From Octopus vulgaris (lineage: Eukaryota): 64,000 bases of DNA. The position numbers and the translations under genes are program-made. This document shows, in pieces, positions 62,691 to 64,000 of this stretch (position 1 is the stretch's first letter; every line of letters starts with the position of its first letter). The stretch spans positions 98,084,001 through 98,148,000 of the forward strand of contig OX597814.1 in the NCBI GenBank assembly GCA_951406725.2. Direction: 5' to 3'. The notes beneath the pieces are model-generated. The model was not told where the DNA came from. It made no database searches and saw only the letters and a program-made list of their open reading frames with translations.

Positions 62691-63104
62691 ATGTCCAGAA
62701 TCTGGAAACGTGACGAACTGGCGTGGTTCCTGCGAGGATGGCAATGCGCTGACGGAGAAAATCCAAATAATATAATTACGGCTGCGCTGAAGAACAACGG
62801 ATACAAAAGGACGTCAGCTCAAATAGAGCGGAAGAAGCAAGAATTTATACGCTCCTACGCACTTGTCAGATCGCACATTAACACGCTGGATGCCATTTTT
62901 GACAGCGAAAAACGCGAACAAAGTAAAGATGGCAAGGATAGAGACGCGGGCGCTGATGAAGAGGGTCACCCCCACCTGGTAGACGCCCAGGAAGAAAACT
63001 CCAGTGAGAGGCCTGCCCGGGAGATGAACCCAGGTGCGGATGCTCCTACCAGCACCAAAAGCCATGGACATGGAGGTGAAAAACAAAAAAGGAAGAAAAA
63101 CTGA
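62691..63104 (+). CDS. LINE ORF1 region, part a (Myb/SANT-like N-terminus)
   Basis: 137-aa ORF with W.RDEL..FL..W...L...GYKRTSAQIERK, a Myb/trihelix-like pattern; directly upstream of ORF1b and ORF2. Confidence 0.55.
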   Translation: MSRIWKRDELAWFLRGWQCADGENPNNIITAALKNNGYKRTSAQIERKKQEFIRSYALVRSHINTLDAIFDSEKREQSKDGKDRDAGADEEGHPHLVDAQEENSSERPAREMNPGADAPTSTKSHGHGGEKQKRKKN

Positions 63105-63579
63105 AGCTAAAACACAGACAAAGCCAAGGGGCAAGGCAGCCAGGGATAGAGGCAAACCTAACTATCCATATGCCAAAAAGGATGGAAACGGGCAGCGCAC
63201 ACGGGTATGTAGGTTCTACCTGAAAGGTACCTGCCGGCATGGAGAGGAGGGTGCAGGCTGCCGCTTTGCACATCAGGGACCCTGCCACAGAAACCAACCA
63301 CCGAAAGGAAATGGGATGGACCACGCATCACCTGCCCCAAAACGGAGGTACGCAGACGTGGTGCGTACCACAAACCACCAACGTGTTGTTGAAAGGGCAG
63401 CTGCTGAGCAGGAATCTTTTTTGTGCATGGCACAAAAGATTGTACAGCAGCTAACCTGGCTCCATCAGGCTCAGGCTCGCAGATGGAACTGCCCACAGTT
63501 CACAAGACCGCCACAGCAGATGGACCCAGGGTGGACACCGCCGGCAACAGCATACACCTCACCTCGATGCTCCTACTGA
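63034..63579 (+). CDS. LINE ORF1 region, part b with CCCH zinc finger
   Basis: CRFYLKGTCRHGEEGAGCRFAH (C-x7-C-x8-C-x3-H), a basic linker and RYADVV motif; overlaps ORF2. Confidence 0.7.
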   Translation: MRMLLPAPKAMDMEVKNKKGRKTEAKTQTKPRGKAARDRGKPNYPYAKKDGNGQRTRVCRFYLKGTCRHGEEGAGCRFAHQGPCHRNQPPKGNGMDHASPAPKRRYADVVRTTNHQRVVERAAAEQESFLCMAQKIVQQLTWLHQAQARRWNCPQFTRPPQQMDPGWTPPATAYTSPRCSY

Positions 63580-64000
63580 ACATCAGAGGACTACTAACAC
63601 ACAGTAACAGGACAAAAGTCCCGTTCCTGAGAGACTTTGTCGCATGCAATCAAGCCTTATGCATAGCACTCACAGAAACGCATCTGAAACCGGACATAGC
63701 AGATGCGGAATTACACATACCACAGTATGTTGTACTACGGACCGACAGGAAAGAAAGGAGTCATGGAGGAGTTGCTATGTACATCCGTGGGGACCTCACA
63801 CCCCAGGTCCTTTTGTCATACTCAAACTCGGTGTGTGACACACTAATTGTACACATAAGGCAACTTGATGTAGTTGTGTGTGCTACATATCGCTCTCCAG
63901 ATGCCCCAAGTCATATGGGCAAGTTTGAGGACTGCCTTTTAAAAATAGAAGAAGTTCTAATCACATTAGAACAACACATAAGTGTACTTCTCATGGGAGA
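63483..64000 (+). CDS. LINE ORF2 N-terminus, AP endonuclease domain (CR1/L2/Jockey group); runs off right edge
   Basis: Open frame from ATG 63483 (or 63567): LLNIRGL, IALTETHL, LRTDRKERSHGGVAMYIR, TYRSP, VLLMG(D); no stop before the edge. Confidence 0.9.
   Translation, partial: MELPTVHKTATADGPRVDTAGNSIHLTSMLLLNIRGLLTHSNRTKVPFLRDFVACNQALCIALTETHLKPDIADAELHIPQYVVLRTDRKERSHGGVAMYIRGDLTPQVLLSYSNSVCDTLIVHIRQLDVVVCATYRSPDAPSHMGKFEDCLLKIEEVLITLEQHISVLLMG

Overview
AT-rich, microsatellite- and transposon-dense eukaryotic DNA. The SINE/RTE/Helitron repertoire suggests an Octopus (coleoid cephalopod) genome, which is an inference from recognition and not a database hit. One host gene is present on the + strand: RNF25 (RWD domain + RING-H2 E3 ubiquitin ligase). 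I reconstructed it by hand as 8 coding exons with GT-AG junctions and consistent phases (4336..38347, 1947 nt, 648 aa), ending in a long low-complexity last exon. The rest is mobile DNA: 5' ends of two LINEs running off the window edges, a near full-length decayed RTE LINE split by a pogo/Passer-type transposon, mariner relics and MITEs, non-autonomous Helitrons, a CR1/L2 3' fragment, at least three tRNA-derived SINE families, and several fold-back hairpins. The most notable signals are: a tRNA-headed short element carrying a Penelope-type minimal hammerhead ribozyme motif (44382-44643); a 20-copy GGTAAGCGTAACAG(TA)n array of splice-donor-like motifs in RNF25 intron 1; inverted repeats bracketing RNF25 exons; SINE/LINE tail sharing and swapping; and a LINE whose ORF1 region encodes a Myb-like segment plus a CCCH finger. 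Coordinates of decayed repeats are approximate.
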